A stretch of DNA of 63,233 nt, counting the filler. It is 7 parts of 7 records of this genome, joined end to end, with 100 filler letters (N's around TTAATTAATTAA, not from the genome) between each part and the next. Parts side by side here need not be neighbours in the genome. Positions count along the whole stretch, not along the records: positions 21,170 to 26,879 come from SRR31147125_1164; positions 26,980 to 36,794 come from SRR31147125_1175; 5 more parts are not named here. One strand, given 5' to 3'. A program made the translations under genes and the position numbers. Position 1 is the first letter of the stretch; every line of letters starts with the position of its first letter. The notes below the pieces were generated by a model. It saw only the letters and a list, made by a program, of their open reading frames with translations. It did no database searches and was not told the DNA's origin. Positions 21,070 through 32,293 of the stretch are shown here, piece after piece.

Positions 21070-21169
21070 NNNNNNNNNNNNNNNNNNNNNNNNNNNNNNN
21101 NNNNNNNNNNNNNTTAATTAATTAANNNNNNNNNNNNNNNNNNNNNNNNNNNNNNNNNNNNNNNNNNNN
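21070..21169. other. Artificial contig spacer
   Basis: N44-TTAATTAATTAA-N44. Confidence 0.98.
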
Positions 21170-21556
21170 AAATTGATTACAGGTAAAAAATTCAGCGAAA
21201 ATATTCGTGTAGTGCGTATTGTTGATATGTACCTTGAGCATGCCAGGGTATTTTATTTCAGAAACAATGGAGACCCTAAAGTTTATATGGGTTCAGCAGA
21301 CTGGATGCGTAGGAACCTTTACCGCAGAATTGAGTGTGTATTCCCAATTAAGGATAAAAATTTAATCGAGGAAGTTGTAGATTACTATAACATACAACTG
21401 GAAGATAATGTAAAAGCACGAATTATTGATTCTGAAATGAAGAGCCTAAAAAATGATAATGGTAAATCATTAACAAGAGCTCAAACGGCTATTTACGATT
21501 ATTTAAAATGGAAATTAGATAATGATATCAACGGGGTTAATCATCAACCCAATTAA
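21170..21556 (+). CDS. ppk: Polyphosphate kinase 1, C-terminal fragment
   Basis: [30 protein letters not shown]. Confidence 0.92.
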   Translation, partial: KLITGKKFSENIRVVRIVDMYLEHARVFYFRNNGDPKVYMGSADWMRRNLYRRIECVFPIKDKNLIEEVVDYYNIQLEDNVKARIIDSEMKSLKNDNGKSLTRAQTAIYDYLKWKLDNDINGVNHQPN

Positions 21557-23044
21557 AAATCTCTTCTTTATTCTTTGGACGGTGTTCTATTTTCCAATCA
21601 AATCCGTCGTAATATCGTTTGTCTTGGGGAACTTGTTCTGGTGGATACATTGTTCCCGTAATACCAGATAGTTTTATAATACGCTTTATTTGATTTTCTT
21701 CGATCTCAATGCGCATAGCCGAACTCTCGGAGATATCTACCGACATAAGTTCTTCATCTTCTTCGGCGTAATAAATGGATTGTGCATTACCGTTAACATC
21801 TACCTTATAAATATAATTATCGCGGAAATAGCCAACCATATTTCGACCCTTTATCTGGTTATAATTCTTGTCAATGGAATCCTGTTCCTGAACAATAAAA
21901 GCGTCTCCCAGCATCTCCATCGATTCAACCTCATTTTCCTGATTATGGACAACGATAAAATCTGCTGTTATTTGTTTGTCCTCGGTCCACAATACCGGAT
22001 CATCATATAGATTGATGGTAGAATCGCTAAATAGATAAACCATTGAGTCGCACTTGCCCTGCATGTTTGAACGGAAAAACTTTACTTTATAATATGCTTT
22101 AACAATTTTGTTTTCCAATGTATCTAATTCCGAGCGGAGGGTATCAGCATGCATGTAGAGAGAATCTTCCTTGTAAACTTGTATCAACACGGCATTACCT
22201 GTAAACAAGGCTTCTTCTGTAAATTCATAGTATTCTGCAAATTCGCCTTGTAAGGTAAGATCCTCGATGGTATCGTGCAATTCAACATTGTAAAAGGCTT
22301 GGCCAAATCCTATTGTTCTATCGTAATACAGGCTATCGCCACTTATTGAATGTTCTTTATTTTGCAGGTATGCATTGTCATTAAACTGGGCTATGTCTTT
22401 TTCGGTATCGTACCAGCCGTTCTCGCAATAGATATAATTGCTGTCGCCAATAATTTGTGTAGGTCCAAAAAGTAAGAAACTTTTGTAACGGTATTATATT
22501 GCAATGTGTCGGACAGGATTAAATAATCCGGATTAGTAATTTCCACATTGGTTCTAAAATGCGCATAGTCAATATCGCTGTAATAATATCCCTCCTTGCT
22601 CTTTAGTGTATTTTCTCCATTAACAATTGTACCATTATTTAGGTAGTATCCAATATCGCTTTCCAGGTTATAATCGAGTGCCTGGGTTGTTAATTCTGTT
22701 TCTTTATCGATTAATTTAACGTTTTTTCGAATTTTTGCCAACCGTGTATTACCATCGTAAAATAACTCATCGCCATAAAGATGTATGGAATCTCCCTGGG
22801 TAATGTAAACATTGTCGAAAGCCTCTAATGAATCTGAGTCAGAATAGAAATAAGCACTGTCGCAATACATAAACGCACCTTTATGTTCGAACACAACATC
22901 GCCTATTAAACGTTTTGCATTGGCTGCGATAGATGGATCAACCTGAACGATATTCGCTGAATATGTTACTTGCCTGGTTTCTTGCGCCAACATTTGGAAT
23001 GAAATACAGGATAATAAAACAAGAAAGAAAAAATACTTGCGCAT
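21537..23044 (-). CDS. OstA/LptA-like beta-jellyroll protein, one gene split by a 1-bp loss near 22467-22471
   Basis: Repeated CDSAYFY/GDELFY/SDTLQY/ADTL motifs in both ORFs; one extra T restores [25 protein letters not shown]. Confidence 0.82.
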
Positions 23045-23063
23045 AACTTCTAATACAAGAATA

Positions 23064-24419
23064 CTATTTTCTCCAACCACTCATACCAAAATCGCAGTTT
23101 ACGTAAGAATCATCGATACTAACGTAGGTACTTTTTATTTTCTCTTTAATCCATTCCTGAACGACTTCCTGTTGTTTCTCCGACAATGCCATATTCTTTA
23201 ACAAATCGTAATCTTGTTTTAAGTTGGCAATATGTGGATCGGTACGCTCCGTAAGTTTCACTATCTTAAATACCTTTTTACCATTCGTATCTTCTGTTAG
23301 AATTGGATCAGAAATTTCTCCAAGTTTTAAGCCCCTTACGATCTGGAACATTTTTTTATCCAGGTGATCCATTTGAAATTGGGCATTTCCGGTATGCATC
23401 AGGTTAATCATTTGCCCTCCGCTTAAGCGCGTATCTTCGTCTTCAGAAAAATATCTAGCAGCTTGCTCGAATGTTAATGAATCCAATCTGATTAATTCTG
23501 AAATACTATCTAACCTGGATTCTGCTTTCTGAAGTGATTCAGAAGAAACCTTAGGTTTCATTAAAATATGACGGGTATTTATTCTATTATCTCGTCTTTC
23601 AATTAATTGAATAATATGAAATCCAAATGAAGATTCAACAATTTTAGATACCCCGCCTTCTTTTAAACTAAATGCCGCTTTTACATATTCCGGATCCAAT
23701 TCACCTTTTCCAAAAAAACCAATTTCTCCGCCGTTGGTGGCAGATGGCCCTTCGGAATAAAGCACTGCAAGGGCAGAAAAACTTTCTCCGTTCAATATTC
23801 GTTGCCGTAATGCCAGCATTTTCTCTTTAACTTCAAACACAGCCTCTTCGCTTTCTGGCGGGTAAACAACTATTTGGTTTAATTTAACTGTTGCTTCTAT
23901 TTTAGGAATACTATCCTGGTGAAGATTTTTGTAGTAATTACGAACTTCAGATGGGGTAATCTTCATTTCACCAACGATTGAAGACTGCATTCTCTGTGTA
24001 ATAAGTTGCTCCCTGACAGATTCTCGCAAATCTTCTTTTATCTTAAGCATCGATTTATTGAAATGGGCTTCCAACCGCTCTACAGAACCTACTTGATTTA
24101 TAAAATAATCGATCCTTCTTTCCAGTTCCAATTCAACTTCTGATTCCATTACTTCAACACTATCCAACCTTGCCTGATTTACAAGCAATTTTTGTGTTAG
24201 TACCTCTTCCAGAATATCACATTTCAAATCACCTCTTTGACTTCTCATGCCCTGGGCAACTGCCTGTTGATACTGCGCCTCAATATCTGATAGTTTAACA
24301 ATGTTCCTCCCTACTACGGCCACAACCTGATCAATTACCACATCTTCATCACTCTGGGCAAATGCAGCGTTGACAACCAGCAAACATAGGAAGAACGCAC
24401 TCACTAATTTATATTTCAT
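23064..24419 (-). CDS. surA: SurA-like chaperone/parvulin PPIase
   Basis: Signal peptide, DQVVAVVG, GGEIGFF, FGFHII, RHILMKP. Confidence 0.85.
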   Translation of the reverse strand: MKYKLVSAFFLCLLVVNAAFAQSDEDVVIDQVVAVVGRNIVKLSDIEAQYQQAVAQGMRSQRGDLKCDILEEVLTQKLLVNQARLDSVEVMESEVELELERRIDYFINQVGSVERLEAHFNKSMLKIKEDLRESVREQLITQRMQSSIVGEMKITPSEVRNYYKNLHQDSIPKIEATVKLNQIVVYPPESEEAVFEVKEKMLALRQRILNGESFSALAVLYSEGPSATNGGEIGFFGKGELDPEYVKAAFSLKEGGVSKIVESSFGFHIIQLIERRDNRINTRHILMKPKVSSESLQKAESRLDSISELIRLDSLTFEQAARYFSEDEDTRLSGGQMINLMHTGNAQFQMDHLDKKMFQIVRGLKLGEISDPILTEDTNGKKVFKIVKLTERTDPHIANLKQDYDLLKNMALSEKQQEVVQEWIKEKIKSTYVSIDDSYVNCDFGMSGWRK

Positions 24420-24423
24420 ACAA

Positions 24424-25275
24424 CTAATAAATTTCAAAATAATTTCTGTTTTGGGCATCTCTGTAAATTTCATTTTCAAGCCCATTTATATACTTAAGTT
24501 TTCTCTTATTCAACAAAATCGCCTTTATATCTTCATCAACCATGGACAGTGGTGATACATCTCCACTCAATTTATATTCCCTAATGCTTAATAAATATAG
24601 GAACGCCGTATCCTGAACTTCAATGCGGCGGTTGTATAGCAAAAACCGCTCCTTATTATCAATTTGACGAGGAATTTTTCTGAGCAATTCATTAAAATAT
24701 ACCCAATCCTCATTGTATATCTCATACTCAGCCGAATTTTGATAACAATAATTTTCAAGTTTATCCAGATCTTCGATATTTTGTGAGCGGTACCATGACC
24801 TTAAATTATAAAGTTCGGGGGCATTTCTCTTAACCTTTACATAAACACCTTTTATAACAGCGTCTGGCAATAAAAAATTTGAAGGATTCTCGTTATAATA
24901 CGTTTGAACTTCATCCATCCCAACTATTGTGTCAAGATTTTGCTCAACCAGCTTCTGCTTATACCTATAGGTTAATATCGATGCCCTGTAGTTTTCAATT
25001 TGTTTTTCTAAATCCCGATCTTCCTCTGTTAAATTCTCTTCTGCTTTCGTTACCATTATCTGTGTTCGGATCCACCTATCAACATAATTATTCACAATAA
25101 AAGCACTGTCTTCTTTGCTAATACCTGGTTTTAATATGTCGTTGATATCATCCAGAAACAAATATTTATCGTGTACCCGTGCAATTGGTGGTTCCTCATT
25201 CTGTTTTTTGAACAGTGTATCGCAACTTAACAGAGATAGAATAAACCAGAGAGATACAATTAGATTTAGCTTCAT
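24424..25275 (-). CDS. PPIase/foldase-like lipoprotein
   Basis: LLSC lipobox, IARVHDKYL, position between two SurA-like genes. Confidence 0.7.
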   Translation of the reverse strand: MKLNLIVSLWFILSLLSCDTLFKKQNEEPPIARVHDKYLFLDDINDILKPGISKEDSAFIVNNYVDRWIRTQIMVTKAEENLTEEDRDLEKQIENYRASILTYRYKQKLVEQNLDTIVGMDEVQTYYNENPSNFLLPDAVIKGVYVKVKRNAPELYNLRSWYRSQNIEDLDKLENYCYQNSAEYEIYNEDWVYFNELLRKIPRQIDNKERFLLYNRRIEVQDTAFLYLLSIREYKLSGDVSPLSMVDEDIKAILLNKRKLKYINGLENEIYRDAQNRNYFEIY

Positions 25276-25292
25276 CAATAATTATTTAACGA

Positions 25293-26879
25293 CTACAATT
25301 TAGCTTGTTCTTTCTTAATATTTGCCAAAACACCCTCATTAACAGAAATATCATATTTTGCGCGGAGTTCTTTAATCCATTCTTGTTCGAGATAATTTTG
25401 ATAATCTGCAGTAATAATTCCTTTTGCCTCATTTAATTTTTTAGGTTCCGGTGATAATACTTTCTTTACCATTATCAATTTAAATTCATCTCCATCCTTA
25501 CCTGGTGAATAGATACCTTTACCTTTTCCCCATGCATATTTATCGATTAATTCATTCTGTTCTTTTTCATATTTATCATCGTCAAAGCTTAAACAGTCTG
25601 CTGTATCGCACACCATTTTTTTAATCTGCTCTGCTGAATAATTTTTCTTAATTCCTTTGGCAGAAACTTTTGTTAACTGTTTTAACAATGACTCATCTGT
25701 GAAAGAGAATATTGTTGCGTCCAAGCGCTCTCCCCACATATAGTTGTTTTTGTTCTCACTATAGAACTTCTCCAAACCAATGCTATCTTCAACTGCTTTC
25801 GACCATACCATCTTATCAGTTAAATCAAAAAGTAATATACCATCGTGGTATTCTTCCATTAAATACCTGAACTCCGGATATTTTTCTTCTAACCTTGATT
25901 TTTCAAAATCAATTATTGAAGCATGCACAAATCCCTTAAAAGTGCTATTGATGTATATATCAACAGGCATTGGTTTTGAAGCTTTTTTGCTTAATAAGAA
26001 ACTTAAAAATTCAGCTTGATTGAATTCCTTACCCGTCAATGTAAAAATTGTTTTATTAAGATTAGACGCTTTTTCTTTATCCCAGTTATTCATGAATATA
26101 GCACTATCAATAACAGTATAGAATTCTTCTAATGCACTGTAATTTTCTGTATAGTTATATTCTTCTTTTAATCTCTCTACAAAAATATTTTCACCAACCT
26201 TGTTACGAAGATCTCTTTTTACTTTTTGTGCTAAATCTTGTTTTATTTCTTCGAAACCAGGAACAGGTTTCTTCGTTAACAATTTTATGATATGCCAACC
26301 ATAAGCCGTTTTAATAGGTTTTGATATATCTCCAACCTCTTTTAACTCAAAAGCTGCTTTCTCAAATTCCGGTACCATTTGCCCAGTACTGAACATTTGC
26401 AATTCTCCACCTCGTCTGCCCGAGCGTTTATCATCTGAATGTTGAATTGCCATGGCAGCAAAATCTTTACCTGCCATTATGCTATCGTAAATTGCAATAG
26501 TTTTCTTTTGAGCATTTTCTTTTTCATCGGGAGACATTGCTTGCGGAGTAGCTACCATAATATGCGCTACACCAACACTTCCGGGAGATGGTCTTTTATC
26601 ATGTACCTTAACAATATGATAACCAAACCTGGTTCTTACCGGCATGCTGATATCACCAACCGGAGTTGTATATGCAGCCGATTCGAACGGGTATACCATT
26701 CTAAATGCACTGAAATAACCAAGGTCTCCACCATTATTTTGAGCTGACGGATCGTCGGATGTAGCTTTAGCAACAACATCAAAAGGTTCTCCGTCTAAAA
26801 CCCGTTGCCTGATCGACATTATTTTTTCATACGCATACAAAGTATCTTTTGGAGAAGCAAATTCATCTAAAAGAACCAT
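25293..26879 (-). CDS. Parvulin-type PPIase, two rotamase domains (5' truncated)
   Basis: GGDLGYFSAFRMVYPFE..RTRFGYHI and GGELQMF..MVPEFE..YGWHII. Confidence 0.88.
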   Translation of the reverse strand: MVLLDEFASPKDTLYAYEKIMSIRQRVLDGEPFDVVAKATSDDPSAQNNGGDLGYFSAFRMVYPFESAAYTTPVGDISMPVRTRFGYHIVKVHDKRPSPGSVGVAHIMVATPQAMSPDEKENAQKKTIAIYDSIMAGKDFAAMAIQHSDDKRSGRRGGELQMFSTGQMVPEFEKAAFELKEVGDISKPIKTAYGWHIIKLLTKKPVPGFEEIKQDLAQKVKRDLRNKVGENIFVERLKEEYNYTENYSALEEFYTVIDSAIFMNNWDKEKASNLNKTIFTLTGKEFNQAEFLSFLLSKKASKPMPVDIYINSTFKGFVHASIIDFEKSRLEEKYPEFRYLMEEYHDGILLFDLTDKMVWSKAVEDSIGLEKFYSENKNNYMWGERLDATIFSFTDESLLKQLTKVSAKGIKKNYSAEQIKKMVCDTADCLSFDDDKYEKEQNELIDKYAWGKGKGIYSPGKDGDEFKLIMVKKVLSPEPKKLNEAKGIITADYQNYLEQEWIKELRAKYDISVNEGVLANIKKEQAKL

Positions 26880-26979
26880 NNNNNNNNNNNNNNNNNNNNN
26901 NNNNNNNNNNNNNNNNNNNNNNNTTAATTAATTAANNNNNNNNNNNNNNNNNNNNNNNNNNNNNNNNNNNNNNNNNNNN
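26880..26979. other. Artificial contig spacer
   Basis: N44-TTAATTAATTAA-N44. Confidence 0.98.
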
Positions 26980-27007
26980 TCAGGGGTGACCCTGCCGCCT
27001 ACTCGAT
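26980..27007 (+). mobile_element. Probable 3' end (domain VI) of a group II intron, class C-like
   Basis: CAGGG-GTGA-CCCTG hairpin then CCGCCT-A-CTCGAT; GC-rich island at the start of an AT-rich contig. Confidence 0.6.
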
Positions 27008-27266
27008 TAAAATAAAGACATTTTCGGCTTGACAGTCTGATAAATAAATGCTATTTTTATTTATTTGTTTATCTACAACAAATTGATTTTTTGATCTTTA
27101 ATGAATCTACACGCTCAATACTGTTTCGCAATATAGGTTATTTTTATTTTATTCACAGTTTGGAAATTTATTTATTTAATTCTCTTGAATGCGTAAATAA
27201 ACAGAGTAAATTCCAAACACTTGTAATAATGACTTTTCTTAAACGGATGCCAGAAAGGATTATATT

Positions 27267-28349
27267 GTGAGTGTTAAGAAGACCCAATTCTATGAGATCC
27301 ACAAACAGCTAAATGGCAAGCTTGTTGAATTTGCTGGTTATTATATGCCAGTTCAATATAAGGGTATCATGCAGGAACACCGGAGAGTACGTTCTTCCGT
27401 TGGATTGTTTGATGTTTCACATATGGGTGAATTTTTTATTAAAGGTCCAAATGCGTTACCTTTTTTACAAAACCTGACCATTAATGATGTAAGCACATTG
27501 TCTGTTAATCAGGTTCAATATTCTGCCATGTGTTACAAAGATGGTGGTATTGTGGATGATCTTCTCGTTTACAGGTTACCGGATCAATATTTTGTTGTGG
27601 TCAATGCTTCAAATATTGCAAAAGACTGGGAGTGGGCACATAGTCATTTGATGGATGGCGTTTCATTGACGAATAAGAGTGATGATTTTAGCTTGTTGGC
27701 ACTGCAAGGTCCGGATGCTAAGGCAACACTGCAAAAACTCACAAATATAGACCTGGATGCCATAAAATTTTACTGGATGGAACAGGGCGACGTGGCTGGT
27801 ATCGATATGACAGTATCAAGAACAGGATATACCGGGGAACCAGGTTTTGAATTATTGATTCCACGCGATTCTTCAGAAAAAGTCTGGGATAATCTCATGG
27901 AAGCTGGCCTAGAATTCGATATCGAACCTATTGGTCTTGGCGCCAGAGACACACTTCGACTGGAAATGAAATATTGCTTGTATGGTAATGATATTGACGC
28001 AAAAACAAATCCATTGGAAGCTGGACTTGGCTGGATCACAAAGTTGGATAAAGGTGATTTTATCGGGCGGAATGCTCTACTGGATGTCAAGGCGAATGGA
28101 ATTAAACGCAAACTGGTTGGTTTTGAAGTGGAAGGTAAAGCCGTTCCACGACACGGGTATACTTTACAAAAAGATGGAGAGGTGGTCGGCCACGTAACAA
28201 GTGGAACCTTTTCACCCATGCTTGAGAAATCAATAGGATTAGGTTATGTGAAGAAAGAGTTTGCAGGTATCGGGCATTCTCTGGATATTGAAATCCGTAA
28301 TCGTTTGGTACCGGCCAAGATAGTCAAAATGCCATTTTACAACCATTAA
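27267..28349 (+). CDS. gcvT: Glycine cleavage aminomethyltransferase T
   Basis: FDVSHMGE, SRTGYTGEPGFE, GLGARDTLRLE, VTSGTFSP. Confidence 0.96.
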   Translation: MSVKKTQFYEIHKQLNGKLVEFAGYYMPVQYKGIMQEHRRVRSSVGLFDVSHMGEFFIKGPNALPFLQNLTINDVSTLSVNQVQYSAMCYKDGGIVDDLLVYRLPDQYFVVVNASNIAKDWEWAHSHLMDGVSLTNKSDDFSLLALQGPDAKATLQKLTNIDLDAIKFYWMEQGDVAGIDMTVSRTGYTGEPGFELLIPRDSSEKVWDNLMEAGLEFDIEPIGLGARDTLRLEMKYCLYGNDIDAKTNPLEAGLGWITKLDKGDFIGRNALLDVKANGIKRKLVGFEVEGKAVPRHGYTLQKDGEVVGHVTSGTFSPMLEKSIGLGYVKKEFAGIGHSLDIEIRNRLVPAKIVKMPFYNH

Positions 28350-28391
28350 AGAGGTGTTAAAGGTTATATTGCCAGAAAAGATCTGTTTTTT

Positions 28392-29117
28392 ATGCATATT
28401 CACGTATATTTTTTACCGTCAGAAATTAAAGATATTAATCATCTGAAAAATACAACTGTTATTGTTATTGATGTTTTGCGTGCCGCCTCGTCAATGCTGA
28501 CGGCCCTGAAAAATGGCTGTATAGATATTACGCCTGCAGCAGAAGTGAGTGAAACTTTAATTATTGCAGAACAAATGGAAAAGGGACGCTTTTTATTATG
28601 TGGCGAACGGCAGGGGCGAAAAATTAATGGTTTTGATTTGGGCAATTCGCCAGCAGAATATAAAAACGAAGTCGTCTCTGGCAAACGTTTAATTTTTACA
28701 ACTACAAATGGAACACGTGCTCTGGTATTAAGCAAGGATGCAAAGGCTGTATTTATACTATCGTTTTTGAATTTAAAAAGTGTCGGATCACATCTTTTGC
28801 AAAATGAGCACAATATAAGTATAATCTGCAGCGGTCAGGATGGTCAATTTTCATTGGAAGATACGGTTTGTGCAGGACTTTTTGTGGATTGGCTGGCTCA
28901 AAATGCTGAGAAAAAAGTGATTTTGAGCGATAACGCAAATAAAGCTAAAAGTTTGGCGAAAAAACACGAACGTGATCTTTTGGCTATGCTCAAACAAAGT
29001 GAACATGGGGCTCATCTTGAACGTCTTGGATTTGCTGAGGATCTTGAATTGTGCGCAAAAATAAATACAATAGATTTAGCACCTGTTTATAAAAACGGGC
29101 GTATCCGACTGAATTAA
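28392..29117 (+). CDS. comB: 2-phosphosulfolactate phosphatase family protein
   Basis: VIDVLRA, GERQG, FDLGNSP, TTTNGT, SLED. Confidence 0.9.
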   Translation: MHIHVYFLPSEIKDINHLKNTTVIVIDVLRAASSMLTALKNGCIDITPAAEVSETLIIAEQMEKGRFLLCGERQGRKINGFDLGNSPAEYKNEVVSGKRLIFTTTNGTRALVLSKDAKAVFILSFLNLKSVGSHLLQNEHNISIICSGQDGQFSLEDTVCAGLFVDWLAQNAEKKVILSDNANKAKSLAKKHERDLLAMLKQSEHGAHLERLGFAEDLELCAKINTIDLAPVYKNGRIRLN

Positions 29118-29185
29118 TCCTGTTATGGTGCCCATGTAATGGTACCATTAAAGTATTTATATCAGAATATCTTATCGACCACATT

Positions 29186-31582
29186 ATGCGAAAAAACAAC
29201 AAGAGGAATTCCAAGAATAAAATAAAATCTGTTGGGGCTAAAGCAGCTAAGAGTCTGGATCAAAAAAGAGAAGAACTGATGGGGGTTCTGTTAGTCCTTC
29301 TTGGCTTATTGATCGCTATATCTTTGTTTACCTATAACCATACGGAAATACCTCAAACAGCAAAAGCCGGTCAGGTAACAAATGGTTTGGGTATTGTCGG
29401 TGTATATATTGCCTATTATTTGATTCGATTGACCATCGGTTACGCTGTCCTGGTAATTCCTTTTCTTATTATTGCGTGGGGGATAAACAGATTTTTTGGC
29501 AAGCCAACAGAACGATTACTGCATTGGACGATATTTACATTATTATTTTCCTTCTATGTCTCAGTAAGTGGTGCTCTTCGTGATGTCATGGAGGTCGCGG
29601 GTAAAACCACGGAACATCTTTTTTCCGGTTATTTCGGAGGATTGCTAGCAGAGATCATATATAAAATCTTTGGTCAATATGGTTCTGTGCTTGTACTCGT
29701 TGGATTGATTTTGATAACTGTTCTTTTGTCAACCGAGATCACATTCAGAGAGCTGTTTTTAACTATTTCAGCTTATATGGAACGGTTCTTCATTTGGTTT
29801 TTACGCTATTATCAGTCAGTACTAAATCGATTGATGAGCAAAAAAAAATCTCAACGAAATTTAAAAATTCAAAGAAATTTTCGACCTGCCCAAATAAAAA
29901 AAGGTCCACCAGTACCAACAACACCCACCAGTCAATTGCGGGAATTCAAGGAAGATGTATTTATTACAGAGTCGGGAATGCCCGACATACCTTCTTCGCA
30001 GATTGATGAGGACATACCCGAAGATGACGACCCACAAAAAGACCAAAATGTGGAATCCGTACCTATAATCAAAGAATATACATATGACCGTCCCTCTTTG
30101 GATTTCTTGCAGGAACCGCAAGGTCCCTCGGAAAGTCTGACAGATGAACTACTTCGGGATAATGCCCGCCTTTTGGAGGAAAAATTAGCCGATTTTGGCA
30201 TCAAGGCCAGTGTTATCGAAATAAATCCAGGCCCGGTTATTACGAGATATGAATTGGAACCGGCTCCAGGCATTAAGGTGAGCCGAATTACATCATTGGC
30301 AGATGATTTAGCCATGGCTATGCGAGCCAAACGTATTCGTATTGTGGCACCCATCCCGGGAAAGGCAGCTGTCGGTATAGAGCTGCCAAATCCCAATCCG
30401 GAAATTGTATACCTTAAAGAAATTATTAATGATGAAAAATTCCAAAATAGCGAATCACCACTAACCATTGCGTTAGGCAAAACGAGTTCCGGAAAAACCT
30501 ATGTTACGGATCTGTCCCAGATGCCCCATTTATTAATTGCAGGTTCAACCGGATCCGGAAAAAGTGTTTGTTTAAATACAGTTATAACAAGTATTCTTTA
30601 TAAATCGCTTCCTACGGAAGTGCAATTTGTGATGATTGATCCAAAACGATTGGAATTGTCTGTTTATGCACAATTGCATCGCCATCATTTGACTTATGTC
30701 GCTGGTTCGAAGGAAAAGGTGTCCACAACAATAAAATCTGCTGTCACTGTTTTAAAATCAGTAGAGCAGGAAATGGAACGGCGTTACAAGCTGCTTGCCG
30801 GAATTGGTGTGCGGAATATTAAAGAATACAATCAACGTATTAATAACGGGCAAATTCCTCTCGATTTTGATAATAATCCTCAAAAACAATTAGAGTATCT
30901 TGTTGTGATTATTGACGAGTTGGCTGATCTTATGATGAGCTCTTCTGCATCCAAGGAAGTGGAAGAACCTATTGCCAGATTGACACAAATGTCGCGTGCT
31001 GTTGGTATTCACCTGATAGTGGCAACACAACGGCCTTCAGTTGATGTGATCACTGGTGTCATTAAAGCTAATTTTCCTGCCCGGATTGCATTTCAAGTGG
31101 CTTCCAAAGTGGATTCTCGTACTATTTTGGATATGAATGGAGCTGAAAAATTATTAGGAAGGGGTGATATGCTCTTTCTGCCTCCGGCGAGCCCGGAACC
31201 GACTCGTATACATAATGCCTATCTTGGACTGGAAGAAATCGAAAATGTTATTAAACATATTCGCAGTCAACCCCCGGTAGAAAAACAACCTTTGCAAGCT
31301 TATGTGGAGGAGGAGACAGTTTCTCGCAACGGTTATGGAACTGGAAGTCGGGATGCACTTTTTAACGAAGCCCTTAAAATTGTTGTTCGAAACCAACAGG
31401 GTTCGGTTTCTCTCTTGCAAAGACGATTAAAAGTAGGTTATTCCAGGGCAGCGCGAATTATCGACGAATTGGAAGATGCCGGCATTGTGGGACCATTTGA
31501 AGGGAGTAAAGCACGAGAAGTGCTAATGACTCCTGAAGATCTGGAAGATATGGCAACGGATAATGATGACGAATTTGAATAG
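29186..31582 (+). CDS. ftsK: DNA translocase FtsK
   Basis: N-terminal TMs, PHLLIAGSTGSGKS, ATQRPSVDV, gamma domain LQRRLKVGYSRAARI. Confidence 0.97.
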   Translation: MRKNNKRNSKNKIKSVGAKAAKSLDQKREELMGVLLVLLGLLIAISLFTYNHTEIPQTAKAGQVTNGLGIVGVYIAYYLIRLTIGYAVLVIPFLIIAWGINRFFGKPTERLLHWTIFTLLFSFYVSVSGALRDVMEVAGKTTEHLFSGYFGGLLAEIIYKIFGQYGSVLVLVGLILITVLLSTEITFRELFLTISAYMERFFIWFLRYYQSVLNRLMSKKKSQRNLKIQRNFRPAQIKKGPPVPTTPTSQLREFKEDVFITESGMPDIPSSQIDEDIPEDDDPQKDQNVESVPIIKEYTYDRPSLDFLQEPQGPSESLTDELLRDNARLLEEKLADFGIKASVIEINPGPVITRYELEPAPGIKVSRITSLADDLAMAMRAKRIRIVAPIPGKAAVGIELPNPNPEIVYLKEIINDEKFQNSESPLTIALGKTSSGKTYVTDLSQMPHLLIAGSTGSGKSVCLNTVITSILYKSLPTEVQFVMIDPKRLELSVYAQLHRHHLTYVAGSKEKVSTTIKSAVTVLKSVEQEMERRYKLLAGIGVRNIKEYNQRINNGQIPLDFDNNPQKQLEYLVVIIDELADLMMSSSASKEVEEPIARLTQMSRAVGIHLIVATQRPSVDVITGVIKANFPARIAFQVASKVDSRTILDMNGAEKLLGRGDMLFLPPASPEPTRIHNAYLGLEEIENVIKHIRSQPPVEKQPLQAYVEEETVSRNGYGTGSRDALFNEALKIVVRNQQGSVSLLQRRLKVGYSRAARIIDELEDAGIVGPFEGSKAREVLMTPEDLEDMATDNDDEFE

Positions 31583-31598
31583 AAATTAGGATAATAAA

Positions 31599-32258
31599 AT
31601 GAGACAATATAAAATTAATTATTTTGTAATGACTTTTATGGTTTTTATTAGCTTTATGAGTCTTGCAACCCTGACAATGGCAAAAGAGGTTGATGACGTA
31701 ATAAAACAGGTTTTAAAAAAATATGAATCTTTGGATAAAGTCAGCGCTACTTATACTCAAACGTTCCATTGGAAACTTGCCGATGAAACTCAGGTTATCC
31801 ATGGACGTATCGATTCGCAGAATGGCTTAAAATTTCGGGTTGACACGGAAGATCAGCTTATTGTCACCGATGGGAAAGTTGTTTGGACACTGGATAAATT
31901 AAACAAGCAAATCATGATTGATTATGCCAATAATAATACCCAGGAAAATCCTTTTTTAAAATCTTTTTTTCAAAAATACACTCAGGAATATAATGTATCA
32001 ATTGTTGGTGAAGAGAAAATAGGTGAGATTCAAACTATACATCTTTTGTTTCAGGCAAAATCTGAAGATCAATTTATTCGATCCCAGGATGTTTGGATTG
32101 ACAAAGATACCTTTATCATGAAAAGAATGAAACAGGTTGACCTGAATGATAATACTACTATATACGATGTCATTTTGTTGGATGTCAACCCAAAGTTCTC
32201 CAAAGACCAATTTACGGTTCATATGAATGATGAATATGAAATTATTGATCTAAGATAA
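31599..32258 (+). CDS. lolA: Outer-membrane lipoprotein carrier LolA-like
   Basis: Signal peptide, VTDGKVVW motif, follows ftsK. Confidence 0.8.
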   Translation: MRQYKINYFVMTFMVFISFMSLATLTMAKEVDDVIKQVLKKYESLDKVSATYTQTFHWKLADETQVIHGRIDSQNGLKFRVDTEDQLIVTDGKVVWTLDKLNKQIMIDYANNNTQENPFLKSFFQKYTQEYNVSIVGEEKIGEIQTIHLLFQAKSEDQFIRSQDVWIDKDTFIMKRMKQVDLNDNTTIYDVILLDVNPKFSKDQFTVHMNDEYEIIDLR

Positions 32259-32264
32259 TTTCCC

Positions 32265-32293
32265 TTGCATATTATTATATTTTAAGTTAAATT
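32265..32293 (+). promoter_or_regulatory. Putative sigma70 promoter
   Basis: TTGCAT-17 bp-TAAATT directly after lolA. Confidence 0.4.

Noticed and set aside
21114..21125. TTAATTAATTAA recurring six times as a biological repeat or PacI site
   Set aside because: Always centred in N-runs, so it is a synthetic all-frame stop linker; ORFs running into N-runs are also artefacts
27008..27266. Glycine riboswitch upstream of gcvT
   Set aside because: AT-rich region without the GGAGA/CCGAAG/CUCUCAGG elements
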